A DNA stretch of 64,000 nt, from NCBI GenBank assembly GCA_951406725.2, contig OX597823.1:116870001-116934000 (forward strand), given 5' to 3'. Within the stretch, counting starts at the first letter, position 1. Each line of letters opens with the position of its first letter. Shown piece after piece: positions 40,722-52,574 of the stretch. The notes under the pieces are model-generated. The model was not told where the DNA came from. It searched no databases and worked only from the letters and a program-made list of their open reading frames with translations. The position numbers and the translations under genes were made by a program. Source of the stretch: Octopus vulgaris. Taxonomy: Eukaryota.

Positions 40722-40830
40722 CAAATGGTTCCAGGTACAGTCCCACTGCATGACACCTTGACCACATACCTTCAGGTAAATCAAAGCCTTGTGAGTGAAT
40801 TTGGTAGATGGAAACTGAAAGAAGCCTGTT
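40722..40830 (+). mobile_element. Family A SINE 5' half (matching 3' half at 48190-48420)
   Basis: atggttccaggtacagtcccactgc..aaagccttgtgagtgaatttggtagatggaaactgaaagaagcctg, then the microsatellite begins. Confidence 0.75.
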
Positions 40831-40948
40831 ACATATATATGTATATATGTAAATATATTTATATATATAAATATATATATATATGCATATATATATATAT
40901 ATATACTGTATGTGCATATGTGTATATATTTATATATGTAAATATATG

Positions 40949-40981
<33 letters not shown>

Positions 40982-41020
40982 GTATGTATATATATATGTA
41001 TTTATGTAAATATATGTATA

Positions 41021-41059
<39 letters not shown>

Positions 41060-41076
41060 ATATATATGTATATATA

Positions 41077-41109
<33 letters not shown>

Positions 41110-41118
41110 TTATGTAAA

Positions 41119-41163
<45 letters not shown>

Positions 41164-41168
41164 GTATG

Positions 41169-41211
<43 letters not shown>

Positions 41212-41371
41212 TTATTTAAATATATGTATATATATATATATATATATATGGCGGTACATCAGCATGGCCGCAGCTTTGAGCTGAAACAAGAAAAAAAAAT
41301 ATGTATATATATATATATACATGTATTTATGTAAATATATGTATATATATATGTATTTATGTAAATATATG

Positions 41372-41442
<71 letters not shown>

Positions 41443-41445
<3 letters not shown>

Positions 41446-41760
41446 GACTTCCGGTCAATCTATTTAAATGCACCTGCCTTCCCACTCCTATCATTCTTCT
41501 TCGATTCACAGCGATGTCCATAGCAAGTTAAGATTTTCTCTCCTCCTCTTCCGTACCTCGTACAACATACATACATACATTTGCCTACCGTTTAAATGTT
41601 TGACTAAGGTGCTTTCCTTTTCTTTCTCTATGCTACCCTAAAACATCGCCATTTCCGCCATTCGTTCGTTTCTTTAAAGTACCTTCAATCCTTTAATTCG
41701 ATCTTCGCCATTCGCGGTGCGCCCGCCATTTCCCACCCCCACCACCAATACCGGTGAACA
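41443..41760. promoter_or_regulatory. CpG-rich promoter-like module
   Basis: ETS-type ACTTCCGG at 41447-54 and four YY1-like CGCCATT at 41647, 41656, 41706 and 41724; CpG is enriched relative to the flanks. Confidence 0.35.
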
Positions 41761-42074
41761 CTGATCACACTGTTCACACCATCTACACCAGATATGCCCT
41801 CCCCCACCACCATTACGTGTGTCTCTCCCTCCTACCCCTCCTCCTCACATGCTTTCACTGTGTATTACCCCTTCCCCCCCACCAAGACAAGCAGCTAGCG
41901 CCACAGCTCATCAACCGCCCCACTTATCTTACCTTTCCTCCTTCCAGTCCCCTCCCCCACTCGTGATGTCCTACGTTTTATTTCCTACGAACCTGCACCA
42001 ACCCTACCTGTCATCGTTCCTCCTTACCCCAACCCTCCCCACTGGTGCTTCCCTATATTACCTGCACCCCCAAA

Positions 42075-42380
42075 AAGCACCATCCGAACGTGGCCGTTGC
42101 CAGCGCCGCCTTGGCTGGCTTCCATGCCGCTGGCACGTTAAAAGCTTGAACTGATCGTGACTGATTCGGACCCCCCCCCTGGCACCTGTGCAGGTGGCAC
42201 GTAAAAAGCACCCACTACACTCGCAGAGTGGTTGGCGTTAGGAAGGGCATCCAGCCGTAGAAACTCTGCCAGATCAGACTGGAGCCTGGAGCAGCCCCTG
42301 GCTTCCCAGACCCTGGTCAAACCGTCCAACCCGTGCTAGCGTGGAAAACGGACGTTAAACGATGATGATGATGATGATGA
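42075..42380 (+). mobile_element. RTE-3'-tail repeat
   Basis: aaagcaccatccgaacgtgg..gttggcgttaggaagggcatccag..gacgttaaacgatgatg. Confidence 0.85.
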
Positions 42381-42509
42381 TATATATGAATATATATATA
42401 TGAATATATATATATGTATTTATGTAAATATGAATATATATATATATATATATGTATTTATGTAAATATATATATATTCATATATATATATTCATATATA
42501 TATATATAT

Positions 42510-44052
42510 GGGGTAATATTGAAAGAGGGGGTAATATGCCCTTATCCATAAGGGAGGTAGCAGAGCAGATGCTAAAAATTATAGGCCTATCTCTCTGACC
42601 TCACACATCAGCAAAGTCATGGAACGAATAGTCCATAAGAAACTAATCATGTTCTTTGAAGAAAATGACTTGCTGTCTGACACCCAGCATGGATTTCGAC
42701 CAGGTAGAGGCTGCCTAACACAGCTTCTGCAACACTATGACTGGGTGTTGAAACAGCTACTAAATGGCTCAAATGTGGATGTAATATATCTCGACTTTGC
42801 AAAAGCCTTTGATAAAGTTGACCATGGTATGATCTGTCACAAACTGCGTGGTCTCGGCATAGGCGGAAAACTTGGAGAGTGGCTGCACAACTTCCTAAAA
42901 GACAGAAAACAGGCAGTTGTGAGCAATGGAGCCACCTCCAAGGAAACGCAAATAACAAGCGGTGTCCCACAGGGCACTGTCTTGGGGCCACTGATGTTCA
43001 TAGTGGCCCTTTCAGACATGCCTTCAGTTGCTACGATGACCACCCTTGCTAGCTATGCAGATGACACAAAAGTCTCCCACGCAATACAAAAACCTGAAAA
43101 TATTGCGCATCTGCAACATGAGCTGGACACAATATACAGGTGGTCTGAGGACAACAACATGCAGTTTAATGCAGGTAAGTTCCAGGCCCTGTGCTACTGG
43201 CACACAAAGGTAAACGACGTGAAGACTGGATACACTGGCCCAGGAAGAATTGCAATCCCTGAGTCAAAATCAGTGCGTGACCTGGGCATTGACATGAGCA
43301 ATGATGCATCTTTCCAAGAGCATATTACTAATCTGGTGATAAAATGCAGACGGCTAGCTGGATGGATTCTCCGAACTTTCAGAACAAGAGAGAAGGAGAC
43401 ACTGATGGTCCTATGGAAAACATTCGTCCTCAGCCACTTGGACTACTGCTCCCAACTGTGGTCACCACACAATATAAAACTAACAGCAGAACTCGAAGCA
43501 ATTCAGAGAAGCTACACAAAGAAAATCGTCTCAATGCAAAATATCAGCTACTGGGAAAGACTGAAGGTATTAAACCTCTTCTCCCTAGAGCGGAGGCAGG
43601 AGAGATATGCGGTGATATACATCTGGAAAATCCTGGAGGGTCTTGTCCCAAACTTTGGCATTCAAAGTTACCCCAACCGCAGAACGGGGCGCCACTGCAT
43701 GGTGCCAAGGATTCCAACATCACCATCAAAATACAGGTCCAGATACTGCAACAGCTTGGGTTTCAGAGGAACACAGCTCTTTAACATCCTCCCTAAATGC
43801 CTGAGAGACTTACATGGTGTGGATGTGGGTTTCTTTAAAACTAAACTGGATCTCTTCTTGTTGGGAGTCCCAGATGAACCTACCTCACGACAGAAGACGC
43901 GGATGCGAGCAGCAGCATCGAACTCCCTTGTTGATCAAGTGCCACATATCAGAGGTGGATTCACAAATTAGTGTAGCTCATTCAGCGGTGGTGCCCCAGC
44001 ATGGCCGCGGCCTTCGGGCTAATACATTTTTAAGGATTTAAGGATTTAAGGA
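42510..44052 (+). mobile_element. 5'-truncated CR1/L2-like LINE
   Basis: RT ORF, short 3' UTR with a stem-loop, and (aaggattt)x3 tail. Confidence 0.9.
42619..43971 (+). CDS. Reverse transcriptase (ORF2 C-terminal part) of CR1/L2-like LINE, uninterrupted
   Basis: QHGFRPGR, YLDFAKAFDKV, GVPQGTVLGPLMF, YADD, VRDLG, LDYCS. The frame also runs upstream from about 42535 (IHKGG..NYRPISLTS). Confidence 0.9.
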   Translation: MERIVHKKLIMFFEENDLLSDTQHGFRPGRGCLTQLLQHYDWVLKQLLNGSNVDVIYLDFAKAFDKVDHGMICHKLRGLGIGGKLGEWLHNFLKDRKQAVVSNGATSKETQITSGVPQGTVLGPLMFIVALSDMPSVATMTTLASYADDTKVSHAIQKPENIAHLQHELDTIYRWSEDNNMQFNAGKFQALCYWHTKVNDVKTGYTGPGRIAIPESKSVRDLGIDMSNDASFQEHITNLVIKCRRLAGWILRTFRTREKETLMVLWKTFVLSHLDYCSQLWSPHNIKLTAELEAIQRSYTKKIVSMQNISYWERLKVLNLFSLERRQERYAVIYIWKILEGLVPNFGIQSYPNRRTGRHCMVPRIPTSPSKYRSRYCNSLGFRGTQLFNILPKCLRDLHGVDVGFFKTKLDLFLLGVPDEPTSRQKTRMRAAASNSLVDQVPHIRGGFTN

Positions 44053-44056
44053 TATA

Positions 44057-44120
<64 letters not shown>

Positions 44121-44261
44121 TATATGAATATATATATGTGTATATTTATGTATATATATATATATATATATTATATATATGAATATATATATGTGTGTAT
44201 ATTTATGTATATATATATGTATATATATGTATATGTATGTATATATATATGTATGTATATG

Positions 44262-44294
<33 letters not shown>

Positions 44295-44305
44295 GTATAT
44301 ATATG

Positions 44306-44368
<63 letters not shown>

Positions 44369-44492
44369 GTATGTATATATATGTATATATGTATGTATAT
44401 GTGTATGTATATATATATATATGTATGTATATATATGTATATATGTATGTATGTATATATATATGTATATATGTATTATGTATATATATATG

Positions 44493-44543
<51 letters not shown>

Positions 44544-44559
44544 ATATATATATATATAT

Positions 44560-44602
<43 letters not shown>

Positions 44603-44662
44603 AGTGTATATATATATGTATGTGTATATATATATATATGTATGTGTATATATATGTATGTG

Positions 44663-44697
<35 letters not shown>

Positions 44698-44910
44698 ATA
44701 TATATATATATGTATATATGTGTATATATATATATGTATATATGTGTATATATATATGTATGTATATATGTGTGTATATATATATGTGTATATATAGATA
44801 TATATATATATATGTATATATGTGTATATATATATATATATGTATATATGTGTATATATATATGTGTATATATAGATATATATATAGATATATATATATA
44901 TATATGAATA

Positions 44911-47050
44911 TATGTATATGGAGCAAAGTACCATCTCGACCCAGAGTAACGTGGTGGTGGAACACTGTGGTTGACAGGGCTATTAGACAAAAGAGACAGG
45001 CTTGGAAGGACTGGAAGAACGGTGGTAGCAGTGAATTGTATCAGACAGCCAAAAGGGAAGCTAGGAGACAGGTTTATTTAGCCAGAGGGGAAGCGGATAA
45101 GAAAAAATTTGCCAATGTTCTGAGCCGTGAGGATGAAAGACTTGAGGTATTTCGTGTTGCAAGACAGTGTGTGAGAGAGAATCGTGATGTGGTAGGAGAG
45201 AAGTGTGTTTGCATGGATGATGGTTCACTTGCGCTAAATGAGGATGCAAAGAGAGAGGTTTGGAGATGCCACTATGAAAGGTTGCTGAATAAAGAAAATG
45301 AATGGGATAAAGAGAGTCTGCCGAATGTTGACCCAACAGAGGGACCAGCTATCCGAGTTGATAGTTCCATGGTAGCTAAGGCAATTAGAAGCATGAAGAC
45401 AGGGAAAGCCCCAGGCCCATCAGGAATTACTGCAGAGATGCTCAAAATATCTGGTAGTGTCGGCTATAACCTAGTCACCCGTATAGTCAACCAGGTGATA
45501 CACGAAGGAGTCATACCCAATGACTGGTGTAGCAGCATACTAGTCAACTACTACAAAGGTAAAGGTGATGCCCTAGATACAAATAATTACAGAGGTATCA
45601 AGCTGTTGGATCAGGTAATGAAGGTTACGGAGAGGGTCATAGCCCAACTGATTAGGGAGAGAGTCAACTTGGACGAGATGCAGTTTGGTTTCGTGCCAGG
45701 GAAAGTACTACTGATGCCATATTTCTGGTGAGACAGCTGCAGGAGAAATACCTAGCCAAAGATAAGCCCCTGTACCTGGCTTCCGTTGACATGGAGAAAG
45801 CCTTTGACAGGGTTCCCTAATCTCTTATCTGGTGGTCAATGAGGAAACTAGGGATAGATGAATGGCTGGTGAGGGCTGTGCAAGCCATGTACAGAGATGC
45901 CGTAAGTAAGGTTAGAGTTGGCAACATGTACACAGAAGAATTCAAAGTAGAGGTTGGGGTCCACCAGGGTTCAGTACTCAGCCCCCTCCTATTTATCATA
46001 GTCCTCCAGGCAATTGTGGAGGAATTCAAGACAGGTTGCCCCTGGGAGCTCCTCTATGCTGACGACCTCGCTCTAATTGCTGAGTCACTATCAGAACTGG
46101 AGGAGAAGTTCCAGGTGTGGAAGGAGGGTTTAGAATCGAGGGGCCTTAGAGTCAACCTAGCTAAAACCAAAGTACTAATAAGTAGAAAGGTAGACAATCC
46201 ACAAATATCCTCAGGAAGATGGCCCTGCTCGATCTGTAGAAAAGGTGTAGGTAGAAACTCTTTAAGATGTACCCAGTGTAAGCTATGGACACATAAGAGG
46301 TGCAGCAATGTCAAAGGTAGGCTAACTGGGAAGATAGTTTTTGCATGTGGCAGATGCTCTGGAGCATTGACCTCCGAAAATCTGCAGAAAACAACTTCCG
46401 TCACTTTCCGGGGGAAAAACTAGAAGTAGTTGATAGCTTCCGCTATCTAGGTGACCAAGTCAGTAGTGGGGGTGGGTGCGCTGAAAGTGTAACTGCTAGA
46501 ATAAGAATAGCCTGGGCAAAGTTTAGGGAGCTCTTACCTCTGCTGGTGACTAAAGGCCTCTCGCTCAGAGTAAAAGGCAGACTGTATGATGCATGTGTAC
46601 GAACAGCTATGCTACATGGCAGTGAAACATGGGCCGTGACTGCTGAGGACATGCGTAAGCTCGTGAGGAACGAAGCCAGTATACTCCGATGGATGTGTAA
46701 TGTCAGTGTACTTACTCGACAGAGCGTTAGCACCTTGAGAGAAATGTTGTACCTAAGAAGCATCAGTTGTGGTGTGCAAGAGAGACGATTGCGCTGGTAT
46801 GGTCATGTGGCGAGAATGGATGAAGATAGGTGTGTGAGAAAGTGCCAATCCCTAGCAGTTGAGGGAACCCGTGGAAGAGGTAGACCCAGGAAAACCTGGG
46901 ACGAGGTGGTGAAGCACGACCTTCGGACGTTAGGTCTCACCATGGAAATGACTAGAGACCGAGACCTATGGAAGTATGCTGTGCTTGAGAAGACCCGGCA
47001 TAGAGACTGAGACCTATGGAAGTATGCTGTGCGTGAGAAGACCCGGCAAG
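44911..47050 (+). pseudogene. RTE RT ORF with frameshifts near 45705 and 46410 and a stop at about 45818; contains a PHD finger at 46226-46357
   Basis: Track ORFs 44604-45731, 45839-46423 and 46345-47010 join into one RTE ORF. C4HC3 pattern CSIC..CTQC..H..C..CGRC. Confidence 0.85.
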
Positions 47051-47600
47051 ACTAGTGAAGCCATAACCCGTGGCCCCTACCTGGGACGTAGTCAGTCCAC
47101 CTGTGCATACCTTCCTTCTTGTGACACTTGTGAAGACCTGTTGAGGCAAGTGAGAATCGAACCAAATCAAAATAGATGAACATCAATGGAATTTGTATCC
47201 TTGTGGTACCAGTGCCGGTGGCACATAAGATAACCATCCGAACGTGACTGTAGCCAGTACCGCAACGACTGGCCTCCGTGCTGAGGGCACGTAACAGACA
47301 CCATCCGAGCGTGGCCGTCAGCCAGCCTCGTCTGGCACCTGTGTCGGTGGAACATAAAAAACACCATCCGAGCGTGGCCGTCTGCCAGCCTCGTCTGGCA
47401 CCTGTGTCGGTGGCACATAAAATCACCCACTACACTCTCGGAGTGGTTGGCGTTAGGAAGGGCATCCAGCTGTAGAAACACTGCCAGATCTGACTGGCCT
47501 GGTGCAGCCTTCAGGCTTGCCAGACCCCAGTTGAACCGTCCAACCCATGCTAGCATGGAAAGCGGACGTTAAACGATGATGATGATGATGATGATGATGA
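44911..47600 (+). mobile_element. 5'-truncated RTE-clade LINE with 3' UTR and (GAT)n tail
   Basis: [82 protein letters not shown]. Confidence 0.92.
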
Positions 47601-47694
47601 ATATATGTATATATAAATGTATGTGTTTATATGTATATAGAAATGTATGTGTTTATATATATATATGTGTATATTTAAATATATGTATATATAT

Positions 47695-48011
47695 CAGTTT
47701 AATAAATTTGAAACATGGTCTTGTTTTCACGTTTTTTATTCTGGTATTTTAACATTAAATAAATATTAGAGCAATCTAATACATAGAGCAATCATTAGAT
47801 TTTAAATGTGCTTAACTGTTGTTGGAGGGTTCTAAGTGGAATTAAAATTTTCTAGAACTCAATTATAAGTTAAACACATTTGAAATCTGGTGATTACACT
47901 ATGTATGAAAGCGCTAATTTAACTTTATGTATACCACAAAAGATTTTTTTAATGTTAAAATACCAGAATATAGAACATGAAACCAGACCATGTTTTAAGA
48001 TTAGTCAACTG
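47695..48011. mobile_element. MITE with ~65-bp imperfect TIRs (CAGT...ACTG)
   Basis: The left end cagtttaataaatttgaaacatggtctt..attctggtattttaacattaaa mirrors tttaatgttaaaataccagaat..agaccatgttttaagattagtcaactg; it sits in an AT run. Confidence 0.75.
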
Positions 48012-48189
48012 ATATATTTTTTCTATACATATTCACACAAATTTAAAACAATCTATGGATGTATGTATGTATGTTTGTATGTATGTATGTATGTATGTAT
48101 GTTTGTATGTATGTATGTATGTTTGTATGTATGTATGTATGTATGTATGTATATGTGTGTGTGTATGTATGTATGTATTTATGTATATA

Positions 48190-48420
48190 TGTGTGTGTTT
48201 TTGTGTCTGTGTTTGTCTCACTACCATCATTTGACTATCGATGTTGGTTTGTTTACATTCTTGTAACTTACCAGTTTGGCAAAAGAAACTGTTAGAATAA
48301 GTACTAAACTTACAAAGAATAAGTTCTGGGGTTGATTTCTTCAGTTAAAAGCCCCTCGAAGTGGTGCCCCAGCATGGTTGCTCTCAAATCACTGAAACAT
48401 GTAAAAGAACAGAAGAATAA
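48190..48420 (+). mobile_element. Family A SINE 3' half
   Basis: tgtttgtctc..gtaacttaccagtttggcaaaag..agaataagtac..gtggtgccccagcatgg..actgaaacatgtaaaaga. Confidence 0.75.
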
Positions 48421-49636
48421 AAGAACATTCACTGAAAACCTGCCATGACTAACAGTGCTTCTTGTGATTAATGAAACTAATATCAGTCATTCACTTGGGT
48501 CATTCAAGCTAACCTGACTGTTTTCATCTTTCTTGTCAACAGAAGATGTTTATTATAAACAGTTACCAGCAATAATCTTCAAACAAATTAAACAACAATC
48601 CAATTTATATTCTATGGCGGTGGCCATTTTTATTATTTATGTCATCCCAAATCCTCAAAAACAATAAATTTCACAGATTTACTTTTTCTTGAATTTTCTT
48701 CAGTTCTGTAACTTTCTGACTTAAGATGTCATTATTTTAGTGATAGTTGTTGTTACTATGGCAACTTGGTCATTGTTTCTCATATATATTCCAAACATGT
48801 TAAAGCCTTCTTATTTCTTTTCTCCACATTTAATCACCATCGTAGTCATTGTAATCTTCAGCATCATCATCATCATCATTCTGCTTATGATCATCATCAT
48901 CATCATCCTAATCATGATCATTATTGTCATCAACTTTTGTCTAATACTCAATAGATATGTATGTATGTAGACAATTGCATATTGAAGTGCCAGTCACTTA
49001 AAATGGATGGAACTTGTGGAAGAGGGAGACCCAGAAAGACATGAGATGGAGTATTGAGGACTAATCTCATGACTCTGAGCCTTGCCTATCAGATGACTAA
49101 GGACCAAGAAACCTGATGCATTGCTGTACCCGAGAAGACCTGTCTGCCACAAAAGAATTGATACTGGTGCAGATTCCACATAAAAAGCACATGGGCTGGT
49201 GCCACATTAAAAACACTGGTACTGGTGCCACATAAAAAGAACACAGTACACTTTATGGAATGGTTGGCGATAGGAAGAGCATCCAGCCATAGAAACCTTA
49301 CCAGAACAGACAATGGAACCTGGTACAACTGCTGGCCTTACCAGCCCCAGTCAAACCGTCCAACCCATGCCAGCATGCAAAACAGGCATTAAATGATGAT
49401 GATAGATCTGAATTCTTAAGGAATCTATTGCTTATTGTCACCCTTTAAGTTCTATCTCTGAGACTCCTCACTTTTTTTATCCTGTCTTTTACTTCTCTCA
49501 TTTTATTTCAAAACTCATTTCATTTTTAATCTTCATCTCATAAATCATTCTTGTTTTTTGCCTGTCATAAATTATGTAATATAATGGCAGCACATTATTT
49601 ACATTAGACGGATATTTGTTCTCATCTTGTTTGTTG

Positions 49637-49681
49637 TTAACACGTTTCAGCTGATATACCCTCCAGCCTTCTTCAGGTGTA
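49637..49681 (-). ncRNA. Degenerate HHR of the same family (left arm)
   Basis: CUGAAGA-A-GGCUG..CAGCU-GAAACGUG; a short deletion destroys the cleavage triplet and stem I. Confidence 0.5.
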
Positions 49682-49742
49682 TTGGGGAAATTTCGAACCT
49701 GGCTTCTCATTCCTAAAGTATTTGTTGTTGTTATTATTATTA

Positions 49743-49788
<46 letters not shown>

Positions 49789-49881
49789 CAGGTCACTGCC
49801 TGTAATCGAACACGGAATCTTGGAGTTAAGAGTGCGGGTACTAACCCCAAGATTCCGAGTTCGATTCCATGCAGTGACCTG

Positions 49882-49915
<34 letters not shown>

Positions 49916-49983
49916 GTAATAATAACAACAACAACATTGAAAAATACCTTAGGAATGCGAATCCAGGTTCGAAATTTCCCCAA

Positions 49984-50029
49984 GACACCTGATGAAGGCT
50001 GGAGAGTACATCAGCTGAAACGTTGTGTT
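49984..50029 (+). ncRNA. Minimal type I hammerhead ribozyme
   Basis: GACAC-CUGAUGA-A-GGCUG(GAGAGUACAU)CAGCU-GAAA-CG-UU-GUGUU; palindromic stem III AACGUU; GUU triplet. Confidence 0.75.
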
Positions 50030-50296
50030 AGCGTCAAACAAGATGAGGACAAATATCGTCAAATGTAAATAATGTAAATAATGTACATAATTCCTCATCT
50101 CTTAAATATATATTTGTATTATAATAGTAGCAGTAAATAATTATATAAGTGTTCAACCCAAATTTAGCCCTCATATAGCTGGCCTGTAGTCAAAGAGGTT
50201 CTAGCTACGGCTATTTAGTCACAGTATATCAAGAGCTGTTATTATTCAATATGCCCTTACCATTTTTAAGACAGTAGAATGTGACACAAGTCACCA

Positions 50297-51225
50297 TCAT
50301 CATCATCATTATCATCATCATTCCGTTTTCCATGATGGCATGGGTTGGATGGTTTGAATGGAGATGGTAAGCTAGAGAGCTGCACCAGGCTCCAGTCTCT
50401 TTGGCCTGGTTTCTATGGCTGGATGCCCGTCCTAACACCAACCACTCCACAGAGTGTACTGGGTGCCTTTTATGTGTCGCCAACACAAGTGCCATTCACG
50501 TGTCACTGGCACTAGGCCATGATTATGATTTCACTTAGCATGAAGCATCTTCTCTAGCACAGCAATTTGCCAAAAGTCCCAGTGACTTGTCATCTCTGTG
50601 AGGCTCAACATCTGAAGATCATATTTCACTATCTAATCCCACGTCTTTCTTGTTCAACTTCTTCCACAGGTTCCTTCCACAATTAGGGATCAGTAATTCT
50701 TTATGCAGCTGTCCTTGTCCAGCCTGAACAAACATACAGAAGCTCCCTTATTGAATTTATTGGCAACTGGTTAAATAGTAGAAAATTATAAATAAATAAA
50801 TACATCTGTTTCATAACATATTTTCTACTTAAGCCACATAATTCTACTTAAGCACCATGACTCACAGTGTTGTAGGAAGGAGAACTACTAAACAATTTAT
50901 CACCCTGTATAGGCATAGGAGTGGCTGTGTGGTAAGTGGCTTGCTCACCAACCACATGGTTCCAGGTTCAGTCCCACTGCTTGGCACATTAGGCAAGTGT
51001 CTTCTACTATAGCCTCAGGCCAACCAAAGCCTTGTGAGTGGATTTGGTAGATGGAAACTACTGGTGTGTTTAGGTCCCCGTAACTTAGCGGTTTGACAAA
51101 AGAGACTGATAGAATAAGTACTAGGATTACAAAGAATAAGTCCTGGGGTCGATTTGCTCGACTAAAGGCGGTGCTCCAGCATGGCCACGGTCAAATGACT
51201 GAAACAAGTAAAAGAGAGTAAAAGA
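50297..51225. mobile_element. RTE tail (50297-50520, -) and internally deleted family A SINE (50911-51225, +)
   Basis: Family motifs as above. Confidence 0.8.
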
Positions 51226-52574
51226 GTAAGAGAGAGTCTAGAGAAAAATCAAGATATGACTGAGTGAATCATCTGAAATATATCCACACAAGGGATTCCT
51301 CTCAGTAAGACAAGTTAGAGAAATATGCTCCCCTTGCTGACGCACCTTCACTAGTCAGTTAATGTGAGGCAGTGTCACATGACAACTTGCTGGGGCTGCC
51401 TGCTGGAGCCTAGCAGCAGGTATTTAGAGGGAAATTGTTGACAAGTCAGTCAGTCATCGGCTGACACTCGCTGACGATACATCGAAGAGGCCAGGAAACA
51501 GAAGAAAGAAGACATGCACCCAACACTAGAGCTGAAAACACCGGCAAAAGGTGGGGCCTCACCACGTCAAAACGGTAGAGGTTCCTCCTGATGATGTCTT
51601 GAGCTAACTGGATCCTATAAAGGAGCTGTTGTGGTAGCAGACCACGAAACACGGTTGTAATTCCTGCAGTTGAAAATTATAAGACTGTTGCATAACATTT
51701 GCAGACAGCCTAATCTATGTCACTGGTTGAGCAATGAAGATTACATGGCATAGGTACAGTAAGGTGCCAACAACAGAATATGAATTTTCCATTATTTGGC
51801 AAATGGTCTGACTGGGCAACGTGTTTGGTGATATGATATAAATATATAATCCTTCAATAGAATCACCACCATAGCTATGGTGACTAGATTGGTTCACATC
51901 TCATAAAGAACCCTTATTGATATCCTCCTCTGGGATTGAAACTTAGATATCATTGATTGAATTGTTTGATATATAAATGCAATCTACAACAAAAGAAACG
52001 GTTTCCGTTTAAAAGACAAAGAAGAAAGGAAGATTACTTTTGTCTCAAAGAAAATTAAATGGAATCACATATGTGAGAGGGGGAACATTTCATTAGTATT
52101 TCTGCTGGCCTAAACTCAACATTGAAAACTCTTAACTACTTTATTTTCCCTTCTGGTTGCAACAGAAAAACGCTAATTCAATAAATGTTCTTCCTAATTG
52201 GGTAAAGTCATAAACTGAGCGAGCTACAAGAAATCTGATAACAACTCCCCCTCCCTTCTCTTCCTCTTCCTCCTCCCCTTCCACAACAAAAGTGTTGGAT
52301 GTTGGTTCACTTGTTGTTGTTGTTGATGCACTAGTTCATTATTATCATCTTCATCACACCACCACCACCACTACTGCTACTACTACTACTACTACCATCA
52401 TCATCATAATTACTTTAGTACAGCTACTATCAATATTATCATTGATGTCCTCGTCCTCCTCGTCCTCGTCATCATCCTCATCATCATCCTCATCATCATA
52501 CTACTACAACTATTACTACTACTACAACAACTACTACTACTACTACCACCACTACCACCACTATTGATAATGAT

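Larger units (their letters stand above)
40830..44910. repeat. Expanded degenerate TA/TATG satellite (motif atgtatttatgtaaatatat) interrupted by retroelements
   Basis: The same motif occurs at 40830-41441, 42380-42510 and 44053-44910. Confidence 0.9.
49592..50075. mobile_element. 484-bp palindromic (head-to-head) element: tRNA-like centre, (AAT)n, and an HHR on each arm
   Basis: Arms 49592-49828 and 49842-50075 are reverse complements. The centre contains ggagttaagagtgcgggtactaaccccaagattccgagttcgattcc (B box GTTCGATTCC). Confidence 0.85.

Noticed and set aside
44046-44990. Long ORFs of 150-375 aa (also 8444-9087, 11738-12374, 12802-13180, 19942-20751, 28386-29674, 40725-41531)
   Set aside because: They are translations of TA/TG/CA/trinucleotide microsatellites (IYIY, CVCV, TTTT), not genes.
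51580-51665. CUGAUGA...GAAAC hammerhead-like spacing
   Set aside because: Stem II closes only with a 3-nt bulge and stem I does not pair; at most a heavily decayed copy.
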